NCBI GenBank assembly: GCA_030867685.1
Contig: JAQOWU010000003.1
Coordinates: forward strand, 496,001-560,000
Direction of reading: 5' to 3'
DNA: 64,000 nt
Origin: Wickerhamiella versatilis
Lineage: Eukaryota
This document shows, piece after piece, positions 9,225 to 20,073 of this stretch (within the stretch, counting starts at the first letter, position 1; each line of letters begins with the position of its first letter). The notes under the pieces are model-generated. The model worked only from the letters and a program-made list of their open reading frames with translations. It was not told the DNA's origin and did not search any database. The position numbers and the translations under genes are program-made.

Positions 9225-11012
9225 ATGCTAATAATTCCCATCATAGGACTGATATCAAGTGGATACGCAGAAAACATCCAAGCTTCATCCTACGCCCCTT
9301 ACCATGTACCGTGCCCAGAATCAAATTTGGTGCGTGAGGCTACACGTCTTTCGCATGCGGAGCAGGATTGGCTTTCTATAAGAGACAAAGTCACAGGTCC
9401 ACAATTGGATGCATGGCTAGAAAACAGTGGGCTTCAAGGAATGGATACCCATACGTTTTCAAATTCCTCGATACGAATAGGCCTAGCATTCAGTGGAGGT
9501 GGCTATCGCGCGATGCTATCAGGAGCCGGTCAACTTGCCGCACTTGACAGTAGAACTCAGAACGCACTGGAAAGCAAGCACATGGGAGGGCTTTTACAGG
9601 CCTCAAGTTACATTGCGGGGTTAAGTGGAGGGGGATGGTTGGTATCGTCTATCGTAGCGAATAACTGGACATCTGTGGAAGAATTGCAGGCCAGTCCAGC
9701 ACTGTGGCAGTTTTCGGAACCTTTTGAACCCTCAGGACTCAATTTACAACAGAGCATCTCCTGGTTTAATAGTGTTAGGGAAGATATTTTAGGGAAACAG
9801 AATGCAGGCTTCAACACGACAATCACAGACATATGGGGACGTTATTTGAGTGCACAGCTATTTTCAGTTAACGACCACGGAAGGTATCTTCGGTGGTCTC
9901 AGTTTCGAAATGCGGACCAGCTTCCGAACACCTCAATGCCTTTACCTATCCTTGTAACGGATGGCAGATCACCCGAAACGGATATCATTTCCCTTAACTC
10001 TACAGTTTATGAAATCACGCCCTTCGAAATGGGGTCATGGGATCCAAAAATTCGAAGATTTACTGATGTAGAATACTTGGGCTCGACTCTGCTAGATGGA
10101 AGGCCCACAAAGAATAAATGCTTCAAAGGTTATGATAACGTGGGCTTCCTTGCAGGGGTGTCTAGCTCTCTTTTCAACTCACTTCTATCTTCGGTGGAAC
10201 AAACCAAAAATCGCTTCTTATCCGAGATTATTCGTTCCTTGACCCACGGCATGAGCTCAAATCTTGATGTCGCCATAATCGAACCTAATCCGTTTTTGTC
10301 GAATTCGTCAGAGACAGCGGACTTAAGAAGCTTTGATCTTTCGTTAGTGGATGGTGGAGAGGATGGACAGAATATCCCTTTTCAACCGCTCATTCAACCT
10401 GAACGTGATGTCGATATTATATTTGCTTTTGACAACTCAGCAGATACAAATGACTCTTCACCAATTGGACCTAATTGGCCTGCTGGCTACGCGATGGCAG
10501 CCTCTTATGAGCGGCAATTCTCACCGAATGGAAACGGAATAGCATTTCCATATGTTCCTGACCCTGAGACCTTTGTTGCCCTGGGTCTTAACCAGCAGCC
10601 TACCTTCTTCGGATGCAATATGACCAATATGACCTCTCTCTTTGAGCAAAACCCATATGGAAATACAACAAAGTACCCACCCCTGATTGTATATCTTGCA
10701 AACAGCCCTCACTCTGTTTACTCAAATACCTCTACCTTTACTTTATCTTACGGCAACGATCAGAGTGCATCTATGATAAAAAATGGCTACAACACTGCGA
10801 CCCAGAACAACGGTACCATAGATTCTGATTGGAGAGCTTGCACAGCCTGCGCTGTGGTCTTGCGAGAACAGCAACGCCGCGGACAAGAACCCACAGAACA
10901 ATGTGCAAATTGTTTTTCTAGGTACTGCTGGACTGGAGAAACAAAAAGCATATCAGATCTAAAAGGTGCACCGCCTCGGCGCCCTGACGGACAGTCAAAT
11001 TTTGTCCATTGA
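9225..11012 (+). CDS. Lysophospholipase / phospholipase B (secreted)
   Basis: Signal peptide from ATG 9225, SGGGYRAML, GLSGGGW and LVDGGEDGQNIP. No obvious GPI tail. Confidence 0.93.
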   Translation: MLIIPIIGLISSGYAENIQASSYAPYHVPCPESNLVREATRLSHAEQDWLSIRDKVTGPQLDAWLENSGLQGMDTHTFSNSSIRIGLAFSGGGYRAMLSGAGQLAALDSRTQNALESKHMGGLLQASSYIAGLSGGGWLVSSIVANNWTSVEELQASPALWQFSEPFEPSGLNLQQSISWFNSVREDILGKQNAGFNTTITDIWGRYLSAQLFSVNDHGRYLRWSQFRNADQLPNTSMPLPILVTDGRSPETDIISLNSTVYEITPFEMGSWDPKIRRFTDVEYLGSTLLDGRPTKNKCFKGYDNVGFLAGVSSSLFNSLLSSVEQTKNRFLSEIIRSLTHGMSSNLDVAIIEPNPFLSNSSETADLRSFDLSLVDGGEDGQNIPFQPLIQPERDVDIIFAFDNSADTNDSSPIGPNWPAGYAMAASYERQFSPNGNGIAFPYVPDPETFVALGLNQQPTFFGCNMTNMTSLFEQNPYGNTTKYPPLIVYLANSPHSVYSNTSTFTLSYGNDQSASMIKNGYNTATQNNGTIDSDWRACTACAVVLREQQRRGQEPTEQCANCFSRYCWTGETKSISDLKGAPPRRPDGQSNFVH

Positions 11013-11194
11013 CGCTTTTAGATAGAAAAAATAGCACTATTCTCTCTAGGTAAGTTCTTGATATGATTGAGACAAAAAAAATAGCAGTTCCAATAATCAT
11101 GAAATTATGACATGCCCATGAATTAAGCAAGGAGTGACAAAAATGCATGTATGTTATAAGATTATATATATGCATATATATGTACATGTATATA

Positions 11195-12481
11195 TCACTG
11201 ATATGAATGGTTCATAGTCTTCATATCAGCCTTGAGCTCGTCTACCGTCATATTGACAGATTTTTTGGTTCCCCGTTTCCGCACGCTAATAGTCTCATTC
11301 TGCTGTTCACGATCGCCAACTACTACTATATATGAAGCATGCAGATTAGCAGCCCGGCGAATTCTTCCTGAGACAGGCTCAGACTGAGAGTAAACATCAA
11401 CATCGTAGCTTTCCTCATGCAACGGGGCGGGATCGCTATTCAGTCCTCGCAACTTGTCCGCGATCCTATAAGCATAATTCAAGTGGGCATCACTCACAGG
11501 TACGATGGCAGCTTGAAGGGGATTTAGCCAGAATGGCCATATTCCTTGGTAGTGATCTGCCAACAGGGCCAAAAATCTCTCGACACTACCGAATACCGCC
11601 CGGTGAATCATAACTGGGGTCCCCGTTCCTGATATATCATCGTAGCTTAAATTAAACTTGAGGGGCAGCTGGAAGTCTAACTGTACGGTTGCTGCTTGAT
11701 GGCGATTGCCAATATTATCCGTGACAATGTAATCGATTTTGGGCCCATAAAAAGCACCATCGCCCTCGCGTATTTGAGCATTCTCCCCCAAAAGATCACG
11801 AAGAGCAGTTTCGGCATTGTTCCACAAGCTAATCTCTCCTGTAAAATCTTCTGGCCGGGTTGATAAAACTCGTTCGTACTTCAAATCAAATACTTTATAA
11901 ACAGTATCCACCAGCTTCATTGCTGACTTGATTTCTGAAGCGACCTGGTCAGGACGACAAAAAATATGGCCATCATCCTGGTGAAACCGTCGAACTCGAG
12001 TGAGTCCCGTCAATGCGCCCGAGGCCTCGTTACGGTGTAGAGAGCTGAAATCAGCATAGCGTATAGGCAAGTCTCGAAAACTTCGTTCCTGGCTCCCAAA
12101 AATAAGGCAGTGTCCTGGACAATTCATTGGCTTAAGAGAATATCCCACCTCACCAGAGTCGGTATGGCCTTCCACGACACCAAACATGTCATCTCGATAA
12201 TGATTCCAATGGCCCGAAATTTGCCAGAGCTCTTTTTTATAGAGCTGAGGTGTAATAACTTCATCAAAGTTGTGTGCACGCATTTGTGCCCGCGCAAAAG
12301 CTGTGAGCTTTGAAAAAATGCGTGCTCCACGTGGTAGAAAAAAAGGCGATCCTGGGCTTGTTGGATGAACATAGTATAAATGCTGCTGCTCATTAATAGA
12401 CTTCACCTGCGCCGAGGTACTTGACAGTCTTCGGAATGACCGCCATCTTGCAATAAATTTTGAAGCACCGACCAGAGCCAT
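11195..12481 (-). CDS. MST1: Mitochondrial threonyl-tRNA synthetase (no editing domain)
   Basis: SGHWNHY, LKPMNCPGHC, HRNEASGALTGLTRVRRFHQDDGH, GDGAFYGPKID, MIHRAVFGSVERF and an Arg-rich presequence. Confidence 0.93.
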   Translation of the reverse strand: MALVGASKFIARWRSFRRLSSTSAQVKSINEQQHLYYVHPTSPGSPFFLPRGARIFSKLTAFARAQMRAHNFDEVITPQLYKKELWQISGHWNHYRDDMFGVVEGHTDSGEVGYSLKPMNCPGHCLIFGSQERSFRDLPIRYADFSSLHRNEASGALTGLTRVRRFHQDDGHIFCRPDQVASEIKSAMKLVDTVYKVFDLKYERVLSTRPEDFTGEISLWNNAETALRDLLGENAQIREGDGAFYGPKIDYIVTDNIGNRHQAATVQLDFQLPLKFNLSYDDISGTGTPVMIHRAVFGSVERFLALLADHYQGIWPFWLNPLQAAIVPVSDAHLNYAYRIADKLRGLNSDPAPLHEESYDVDVYSQSEPVSGRIRRAANLHASYIVVVGDREQQNETISVRKRGTKKSVNMTVDELKADMKTMNHSYQ

Positions 12482-12700
12482 CCTGATTGAGGGCCCACGG
12501 CTTGTGACTAAGAGCAGCTAGTTGGCTGGAGAAGACTAGAATGATATTTATTGCCATATCTTCAGCAACCAAGTTAAAAACAACTAAACAGCTATGATAC
12601 CGGACTCAAGTTCTAAGCCACTTGGGCTGTGCAAACTAGAAGAGGGAAATTTTATTGGCCTACTTCTTCACCTTTACCTTTAAGTCGCAACTTATAGAAG

Positions 12701-13720
12701 TTATAGGAGGTTACGGTCAACGTACTGCTTGTAAAGTGCAGCTCCAAGCTGGGCAGGGGACGGTTCGACAACAACACCAGCCGAATTAAGTGCATTGATC
12801 TTCGACTTGGCATCACCCTTTCCACCCGCAACAATAGCGCCTGCATGACCCATACGACGGCCAGGGGGCGCGGTTACGCCAGCAATAAATGCAGCAACGG
12901 GCTTAGGAACCTCACGAGACAAGTTGTATTGCTTCAAGAACTCTGACGCATCCTCTTCGGCCGTGCCACCAATCTCGCCAATCATGACGATACCGTCAGT
13001 GTTCGGGTCGTCCAGGAATACAGAGAGGCAGTCGATAAAGTTAGTGCCGGCAAATGGGTCACCACCAATACCAACAACCAAAGACTGGCCAAGTCCAACC
13101 TCAGTCGTCTGGTTCACTGCCTCGTAGGTGAGGGTACCCGATCGGGATACGACACCCACACGGCCCTTCTTGTGGATTGACTGGGGCATGATACCAATCT
13201 TGCACCGCTCAGGGGCAATGATACCAGGGCAATTTGGGCCGATGAGCCGTGTTTTCGACTGCGTCTTGAGTGCATCCAATACACGGATCATGTCATGCTG
13301 CGGAATTCCCTCTGTGACACAAACGACGAGGGGGACTTCAGCCTCCACGGCTTCCAAGATTGCCTCAGCGGCCACTGGAGGCGGTACGAACACACCAGAT
13401 GCAGTTGCCCCTGTGTGCTTAACCGCCTCAGCAACATTTTTGAATACCGGCTTCCCAAGGTTTAGCTCACCGGCACGTTTCGGATTCGTACCACCCACTA
13501 TTTGGGTACCATAGTTAAGAGCCTGCTGTGCATGGAATGTAGCTTGCTTACCAGTAAAGCCTTGCAAGATGACCTTGGTGTCTTCGTTGATCATGATATT
13601 CTTGCGTGTATCCTCATAACTCCTGCGGATATGGCTTGATACGAAGGTACGTCTGGCACCCGATGAGAGGACAGAACGATTCACTCCACGACTAAAAAAT
13701 CCAGAACCCCGAGATAGCAT
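12701..13720 (-). CDS. LSC1: Succinyl-CoA ligase alpha subunit, mitochondrial
   Basis: [30 protein letters not shown] and RRMGHAGAI. Start placed at MLSRGSGFF (13720), which looks like a presequence. Confidence 0.95.
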   Translation of the reverse strand: MLSRGSGFFSRGVNRSVLSSGARRTFVSSHIRRSYEDTRKNIMINEDTKVILQGFTGKQATFHAQQALNYGTQIVGGTNPKRAGELNLGKPVFKNVAEAVKHTGATASGVFVPPPVAAEAILEAVEAEVPLVVCVTEGIPQHDMIRVLDALKTQSKTRLIGPNCPGIIAPERCKIGIMPQSIHKKGRVGVVSRSGTLTYEAVNQTTEVGLGQSLVVGIGGDPFAGTNFIDCLSVFLDDPNTDGIVMIGEIGGTAEEDASEFLKQYNLSREVPKPVAAFIAGVTAPPGRRMGHAGAIVAGGKGDAKSKINALNSAGVVVEPSPAQLGAALYKQYVDRNLL

Positions 13721-13912
13721 TTCTGAAAAGTGTACAATGCGGGAATTACTAATAGGACTCCCCCCACCTAAAGATATAGACAAGTCAGCGATTTGGGATG
13801 ATCTCCGAACTAGGTCCCGGTCGGGTGAGTAAATCCAGGATGGTGTAATAAAAAAAATATTCAGGAATATGTACATACAAAAAATAACGTGAATAAATAT
13901 AGGAGAGAGGAG

Positions 13913-15634
13913 TTATGCTACTATCCCGAGCGTGAGAAGTACCAGCTGGGCGAGAAACTGTAAGGACCATATCCCCACTTTTTTCATGCGGCGTGATCGG
14001 GCTTCGTCATCTGCCACATTTTGAGCGAATGCAGAATAAAGTTCTCGAGATAAATCAGGCATCAATGCACTGTCATAAACGGTCCAGCTTCCATCGAAAT
14101 CTTGAAGCCGCTTGGCAAGACGGCAATGAATAGGGATATACGTATCCCTACTGTTGATATATGCAACTATCGGGTGTATTAATGCATTATTCAGTGTGTT
14201 CAAATCTCGGGAATACAGCGGTGCAGTGGCTCTCGTGTTATTAAATTGGCATCGCAACTCAATTACCATGGCCTTTGCCCGGCCACGAATTGCCCTGGCT
14301 CTATCAACCGAGGTTACGATTTCATTGGCCTCCCCGCGATGCCATAAACCATGAACGCTAGCCTCCCAGCGCTCAATAACATCCTGTAGCTCCTCTCGAA
14401 AGCTAAGCTCGGAATCGTCATTGGGCAAGGTGATATCTGCAAGGAAGTCGACAGTTCCCGACTCAATCCACCCGAACATTCCCTCGACCCCTCGATTGAG
14501 ATGCCTGATGTCAACATCATCGATCCGCAGCCGTTGAACCTTCATTGGTGGGCTCTGTCTTAGGTTGGGTGTCTGACGGGGATGCAGGGTGAACAAGGAA
14601 TTATCAAACGAACCCGTCATATTATTAGCGGAAAGAAAGTCATAAAAGAGCCATTGTTTTCGAAGACGGGGAAGATCTGCGAGATAAATACCAATCTGGT
14701 ACGGTCCTCGACTTTCCTGTAGCACGGTTACGAGAACGTCTTCAATTTTACATGCTTGAAAATTGAAATCTCCGGATTTCGGGACATTTCGATGCTTCGT
14801 AGCATCGTAATCTGGATCCCAAACCACAAAACGCCTGTCAATAACGCCTCGGACACCTCTCACCTCAACCGTCTTTAGGATACCTAACCCTTTCAACCAA
14901 CGACTAACTGACAATGTTACAGCCATGTGATCGATGGTCAAGTCGAATTGGCTATAATTTCCATCATCGGGGGCGGCATCACCCACAAGAGCTGCCTCTG
15001 CTTCATCAGCAGCTTGGGACTGCGAACCGACCATTACAGACTGCTTCCGTCCCCTGGGCCGGCGACTGATGAATACCTTACGGAGGAGGATAACTCCCTG
15101 TTTCCAATCGGGCACAATGGCTTCCTCGAAAACAACACGAAGACCTGTTTCCCTTGTGACCAAACGCCCGACCCATTGGGCGAGAACATCCTCCGCACGA
15201 AATTTAGAAGCGGCCCACACCAGGAGACTTATAAATGTAGTCGTACCTAACACAATCCATAGTATGTGACCCCATAGCACCCATGATACTAATGCACTAA
15301 AGTCGTCACTGCGAAAAGGCCTGTAAGCTCGGATTAGCGGCCATTTGACGTGAACCACAAACCTATCCCAGCGGCTATGCGCTTGCTTCAAAAGTTCTTC
15401 CTTGGTTTTTCGCCTTCCCTGTGGCCGTAGATCATTTGGTGGGGATGGGCGTTCCGTCGAAAAGAACCGTAGTGGGACCATTTGGGCTACCGGACCACGA
15501 ATCGATCGATTTGCAAGTATCTGGCACATTTTGGGGGGGCAATGCAGCGGAGTGGTCAATCTCATTAGAGGCACTGGTCGAGGCATAACCTGCCTTCCCA
15601 GCAGCCTTAACAGTGAGCCTCCAGCTGGGGCCAT
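13913..15634 (-). CDS. MDM31: Mitochondrial inner-membrane protein Mdm31
   Basis: KWPLIRAYRPF..DD.SA..SW, GTTTF, NYSQFDLTID, LRKQWLFYDFL, HPIVAYINS and RMKKVGIWSL. Confidence 0.92.
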   Translation of the reverse strand: MAPAGGSLLRLLGRQVMPRPVPLMRLTTPLHCPPKMCQILANRSIRGPVAQMVPLRFFSTERPSPPNDLRPQGRRKTKEELLKQAHSRWDRFVVHVKWPLIRAYRPFRSDDFSALVSWVLWGHILWIVLGTTTFISLLVWAASKFRAEDVLAQWVGRLVTRETGLRVVFEEAIVPDWKQGVILLRKVFISRRPRGRKQSVMVGSQSQAADEAEAALVGDAAPDDGNYSQFDLTIDHMAVTLSVSRWLKGLGILKTVEVRGVRGVIDRRFVVWDPDYDATKHRNVPKSGDFNFQACKIEDVLVTVLQESRGPYQIGIYLADLPRLRKQWLFYDFLSANNMTGSFDNSLFTLHPRQTPNLRQSPPMKVQRLRIDDVDIRHLNRGVEGMFGWIESGTVDFLADITLPNDDSELSFREELQDVIERWEASVHGLWHRGEANEIVTSVDRARAIRGRAKAMVIELRCQFNNTRATAPLYSRDLNTLNNALIHPIVAYINSRDTYIPIHCRLAKRLQDFDGSWTVYDSALMPDLSRELYSAFAQNVADDEARSRRMKKVGIWSLQFLAQLVLLTLGIVA

Positions 15635-16008
15635 GGAATCAGCACAAAATTATGCCACTTATTATATAATATGAAGGAAACTCGAACAAGAAATCTGAAC
15701 AAGTAATCTTTCAAGAGGAGCTGGTCCGCAAGCTTATGCCGCTGTGAAAAAATTTTGTGATCAAATTAGATAGACGGATGATGAAGAAATAAGTAGTTTA
15801 ATATTATTATTATTATTGATACTCCTTGCAGATCCTGTGAACTTCGCAAACGATCAGAAAAGTGGTCTGAGAATTTATAGCATAGAGAGAAAAAAACTGA
15901 AGATATATTGACGTATTTGACGCTTTTCTGAACCTGTTAATCGTCACATCGCAGTTTTCAGAACATTTACATCTATCTAACAATCAAAATTCATTTAGTA
16001 ATCACAAC

Positions 16009-16665
16009 ATGTCAGCGGCGAAGGTGGGTGAAGAATTGCAAAACCTCTCCGTGGAAGCAGAGCCGTCGCAGGAAACGTTGAACGGAACTCCTAAGACGGT
16101 GTTCGACTCGGGTACAGACTTCAGTGTCGTGCATCCCTTGACCCACGAGTGGACTTTGTGGTATACAAAGCCACCATCGGGAGCCCCCAACGAAAACTGG
16201 GCAGATCTCCTTAAGGAGCTGGTTACCATCAGCACAGTGGAAGAGTTCTGGGGTGTCTATAATTCTATCCCGAAAATCAGCGAGCTCCCTGTCAAGGGTG
16301 ACTATGCCCTGTTCAAAAAGGGTATCCGCCCTGAGTGGGAAGATCCAAAGAACGCAAAGGGTGGCAAGTGGATAGCGCAGCTACCAACAACACCTGAGAC
16401 AGATGAGAGGTGGTTGAATGTTCTGTTGACATTGATCGGTGGTACTCTGGAAAACGATGGAGCCGAGAACGAGCAGGTTTCTGGTGTCTTCGGTATGGTG
16501 CGAAGAGGACAGACGGTCAAGGTCCAACTTTGGGTACAGGACACGCATACAGTCACAAAGGATGTCGCAGGCCGATTCAAGGACGCTCTTGATCTGCAGC
16601 CTGGTCAGCTGATCGAATATAACGGCCACCAAGATGGACGCAAAAAGTCTAACATTACCCTGTAA
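16009..16665 (+). CDS. CDC33: Translation initiation factor eIF4E
   Basis: HPLTHEWTLWY, TVEEFWGVYN and FKKGIRPEWEDPKNAKGGKW. Confidence 0.92.
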   Translation: MSAAKVGEELQNLSVEAEPSQETLNGTPKTVFDSGTDFSVVHPLTHEWTLWYTKPPSGAPNENWADLLKELVTISTVEEFWGVYNSIPKISELPVKGDYALFKKGIRPEWEDPKNAKGGKWIAQLPTTPETDERWLNVLLTLIGGTLENDGAENEQVSGVFGMVRRGQTVKVQLWVQDTHTVTKDVAGRFKDALDLQPGQLIEYNGHQDGRKKSNITL

Positions 16666-16681
16666 GTTTTAGTGCTAGAAA

Positions 16682-17539
16682 TTACTGCTCACTCATATGC
16701 TGCTGAGCACACGCTCTAAGCTCCTCGAGATCTTTCTGGAGCTTTCCTGTTGTTTGCGCAATGTAGGGATCGACGATATCCACTACCGCAGCCCAGTTGT
16801 GTTCGTAGTATTGGCGCTGAGCTTTGTAGATGACTTCATTTCCATCCCTAGGAATATAGTCCGCAGGGTATGCTGATGGGAAGTTGGGCCCTGAAGCGTG
16901 GAACTCACCGAGCTCCTTGTTAAACTCATCTTCGGATTGAGGCTTTCGTGCGGTTGGCTTAGGTTCAAAGTCAATCGATAAAGTATCTAGATAAACTTCC
17001 TCACAGTCTTCCTCGCTTACCCCATTCTCGTGGATTAGAACCGCGAAGTCAGTAGTAGAACCTAGTGCGATCATTGGGGCATGCCATGTAGCGGCACCAT
17101 AGGTCACTGCCTGATCGCCACGACAAATATAGGCCCGGACACCAGATAGCTCTGGCATTCCATTTGAATCATCTGGTGCGACAATAACCATGTACGCATT
17201 TTCCCAAGCTGGACGGCCCATGGGAAGAAAAGTTTGGGTTGAGAACGGATGCCTTTCGAGGACTTTGCTGGAATATACCCCATTTTGTATAAGATGTAGC
17301 GGCGGGCTACAGCGAAACAGATTAAAATTTGCCGTCGCAGGTTTATGTGAGGGCGCTTTGTCGTAGTTGTTGATGACGGGTGATAGTTTGAATAATTTTG
17401 TAGCGGTTCCATAATTTGCACTTGTGCTATTACCCGAGCTATGTTGAGAAGATATTACAGCTCCAAATGGGGCAAATGCTGCAGGCGTTAATGGCTCCGC
17501 ATTGATCGAGACAGTCGTCTTAAGCTTTGCCAAAACCAT
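16682..17539 (-). CDS. DAL3: Ureidoglycolate lyase with a C-terminal extension of about 90 aa
   Basis: AEPLTPAAFAPFGAVI, ANYGTA, VLERHPFSTQTFLPMG and GDQAVTYGAATWHAPM. ATG at 17539. Confidence 0.9.
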   Translation of the reverse strand: MVLAKLKTTVSINAEPLTPAAFAPFGAVISSQHSSGNSTSANYGTATKLFKLSPVINNYDKAPSHKPATANFNLFRCSPPLHLIQNGVYSSKVLERHPFSTQTFLPMGRPAWENAYMVIVAPDDSNGMPELSGVRAYICRGDQAVTYGAATWHAPMIALGSTTDFAVLIHENGVSEEDCEEVYLDTLSIDFEPKPTARKPQSEDEFNKELGEFHASGPNFPSAYPADYIPRDGNEVIYKAQRQYYEHNWAAVVDIVDPYIAQTTGKLQKDLEELRACAQQHMSEQ

Positions 17540-17896
17540 AGCTAGCCTAGAGATTATTTGGGCAAGGGCTGGATACTTGTGATATCTAATTTGAAGTAAC
17601 AACAATTAGAAGTTACCAAGGATTTACTGACACAGGTAGTTTGATCACGCAACTAATTAATCCCGGAAGAATTAAAGAAATGTTTGCTTTCTTTGCAATC
17701 TGGTTTTACATCCTAGCATAAAACTAGAGTTTGGCAAAAAAGATTAGAAAGGAGACAAAATTTACTCTTATCAAAGACTTTAGATCTGAAAATGGTGCAT
17801 ATATAGTGAAGTTACGGTTGATATTTCAGTGCTTCGCTAACTTGCATCCCAACGTAAAGGACATACGATCATAGCGTTTTACGTAACAAGCAAAGC

Positions 17897-18322
17897 ATGA
17901 CTTGGTTTCAAAAAACCATCACGTTGTCGCCACGGAGCCAGGGCGTCTATTTAATTGATGATGAGATATACAGCCAAATTCCTGAAATACGCAAATTCAA
18001 AGTTGGACTTCTGCATCTCTTTGTCAAACACACATCAGCGGGTATTACGCTAAATGAGAACTACGACCCGGATGTTCGCACAGACATGAATAAATCCCTT
18101 TCTCGTATCGTTCCTGAGGGGAACATGTATCTGCACGACGATGAAGGCCCTGACGATATGCCGTCTCACATTAAAACTGCACTAGTCGGCTGTCAGCAGA
18201 CGATACCTATATCTAATGGAAGCTTGAACACGGGGACTTGGCAAGGGGTATATCTCTGTGAGTTCCGTCGCTATCGCCATTCCAGGTCAATAGTTTGTAC
18301 TCTTCAAGGTGAGACGAACTAG
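17897..18322 (+). CDS. UPF0047 / YjbQ family protein
   Basis: HTSAGITLNENYDPDVR.D, HDDEGPDDMPSHIK and GTWQGVYLCEFR. Confidence 0.92.
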   Translation: MTWFQKTITLSPRSQGVYLIDDEIYSQIPEIRKFKVGLLHLFVKHTSAGITLNENYDPDVRTDMNKSLSRIVPEGNMYLHDDEGPDDMPSHIKTALVGCQQTIPISNGSLNTGTWQGVYLCEFRRYRHSRSIVCTLQGETN

Positions 18323-18545
18323 GTGCTTCAGTTCTAAGTGAATGTGTTTATATGCTTTGGAATTCTAAGGTGCACAGATGAACATCATGCAGCTATATTA
18401 TGTGCATGACATGGTATTCGCTGTAAATTTTTTTTTGGATATACCTACTTAGAGTTGTATAGTGATCGAATCATCATTATTACCCGATGTGCACTGCTTA
18501 CTAAAATATTTAACTGAATTCTGAATCGGCTACGAACCTAAATGA

Positions 18546-19958
18546 ATGGTAGTTGCGTCGCTTGAGGGGCTTCCGAGTGAAGTACTAGAGCAAATATTTC
18601 GCTATATTGACTTAGAGACGCTCGTAAATGGCGTTAGTGAGGTTTCTCGCCGACTCCGTGAGATTAGTCTAGATCAGTCATTATGGAAGGACAATGTTCA
18701 AACAATTCGGATGGGTCTGGACTTGGCACCTGTTACGAGTGACTACAGGATGTGGTTTTTATGTCACACTGCCAAAACCAAGAAGGTTCGAATGATTGTT
18801 GATGCCATAATTTACTCAAGATGTGCCAGCGCTAGCAGTGACTGGTCTGGGAATGTTGAAGGTCTTTCTTGGCATGTTATAAAATATGGGACAGAGGCTC
18901 TGACTGCACTTCGTGAGATAAGATCGAGACCGCCTACATTTGCTCATTATTATTGGGCTCTATGGCTTCACGACGTCGTTGTGAGACTTGAGGGCATCTC
19001 ACGATTACTCGCACTGTACAGCGATAGTTTAGTAGCAATAGAAGATCCAATGAACCATCTTAGGGCTCTTCATATGCTATGCCATGGGGGATTGAATCCG
19101 GATATTGGAGAGTTGTTGACCTCGTGCGACTGGCCTGACTTGGAATGTAACAGACATGCCATAGCCAATATTGCCTCCCGTATCTACGAAATTAGCAGAA
19201 GTATGCCGTGGAACGATATCGGCTTATCATCACTGACCTGCAATGTTCTTTTTGTACACGTAGCAAGACAGAAGCTTGGATGGATCTCGCGAGTACTCAC
19301 TGGCCCAAATTGTGCATACAGCTATGTGAAATCTGCCATGGGAGAGAGTATTTTTGTCGATTTCGCAAGAGGAGGAGCTCTTCGCTCTGCTGGTGATCTT
19401 CGTGATCGACTTGTATATAGTGGTGCCCGATCGGACCAGATTCATTTTGGTCTTTCACTTTATGATATCTTAACTATTTCGTATACCCTGCATGACTTAA
19501 CGTCAACATGTCAGGCTTCACTTACGGACTTGATCAAACAAATAGCTCTGCGTAGTCATGTTCCAGCAGGTAGACAGTGTCCAAAGCTGTACCCGAATCT
19601 TGTACGACGAGCCATTGCAAGAAAGGAATGTAATGGTGAATTGAGAGAATTCTGCACCCTTTTACGATCCCATAACCAGAACACGCGCGGCAATTTGCAT
19701 AGGTTCCCTTTCAGAGAAGGTGAAGTGTGTTCCATAGATAGGCAGGGCTATTGTGTGATCGTCGAGGATGATGGTAGCTCATGCTTAGTCTTGAAAGGTT
19801 CACAGTTGCTCCGGGTGCAGAAATCAAGCTTGAGCGCCGATTTTAGAGGCCCATGCATCGAGAAATATGGACTGGTTGTCCCAGATATCGATGTGGACTT
19901 AGACCTATTGGGACAATACTTCATGAAATATAATGCAGAAACATCTAGATTCGTATAA
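18546..19958 (+). CDS. F-box protein, FBXO21-like architecture with a degenerate YccV-like C-terminus
   Basis: F-box LEGLPSEVLEQIFRYID...VSRRLREISLDQSLWK. C-terminal FREGEV...VIV...LLGQYFMKYNAETSRFV. Confidence 0.7.
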   Translation: MVVASLEGLPSEVLEQIFRYIDLETLVNGVSEVSRRLREISLDQSLWKDNVQTIRMGLDLAPVTSDYRMWFLCHTAKTKKVRMIVDAIIYSRCASASSDWSGNVEGLSWHVIKYGTEALTALREIRSRPPTFAHYYWALWLHDVVVRLEGISRLLALYSDSLVAIEDPMNHLRALHMLCHGGLNPDIGELLTSCDWPDLECNRHAIANIASRIYEISRSMPWNDIGLSSLTCNVLFVHVARQKLGWISRVLTGPNCAYSYVKSAMGESIFVDFARGGALRSAGDLRDRLVYSGARSDQIHFGLSLYDILTISYTLHDLTSTCQASLTDLIKQIALRSHVPAGRQCPKLYPNLVRRAIARKECNGELREFCTLLRSHNQNTRGNLHRFPFREGEVCSIDRQGYCVIVEDDGSSCLVLKGSQLLRVQKSSLSADFRGPCIEKYGLVVPDIDVDLDLLGQYFMKYNAETSRFV

Positions 19959-20073
19959 TTTATAAAGTGACGACTTTCAAAGCCACGAAAAAAGAGATTA
20001 CAAACCGTATTGTTGTATCAAATCGACATACAAGAGCAATACTAGTATTGTAACACCTCTAGAAATAGTAAAA

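Noticed and set aside
13721-13876. Long N-terminal extensions in the ORF track (LSC1; likewise NSP1, MPC1, DAL3, TAF13)
   Set aside because: Non-conserved upstream in-frame sequence; the downstream ATGs match the family N-termini.
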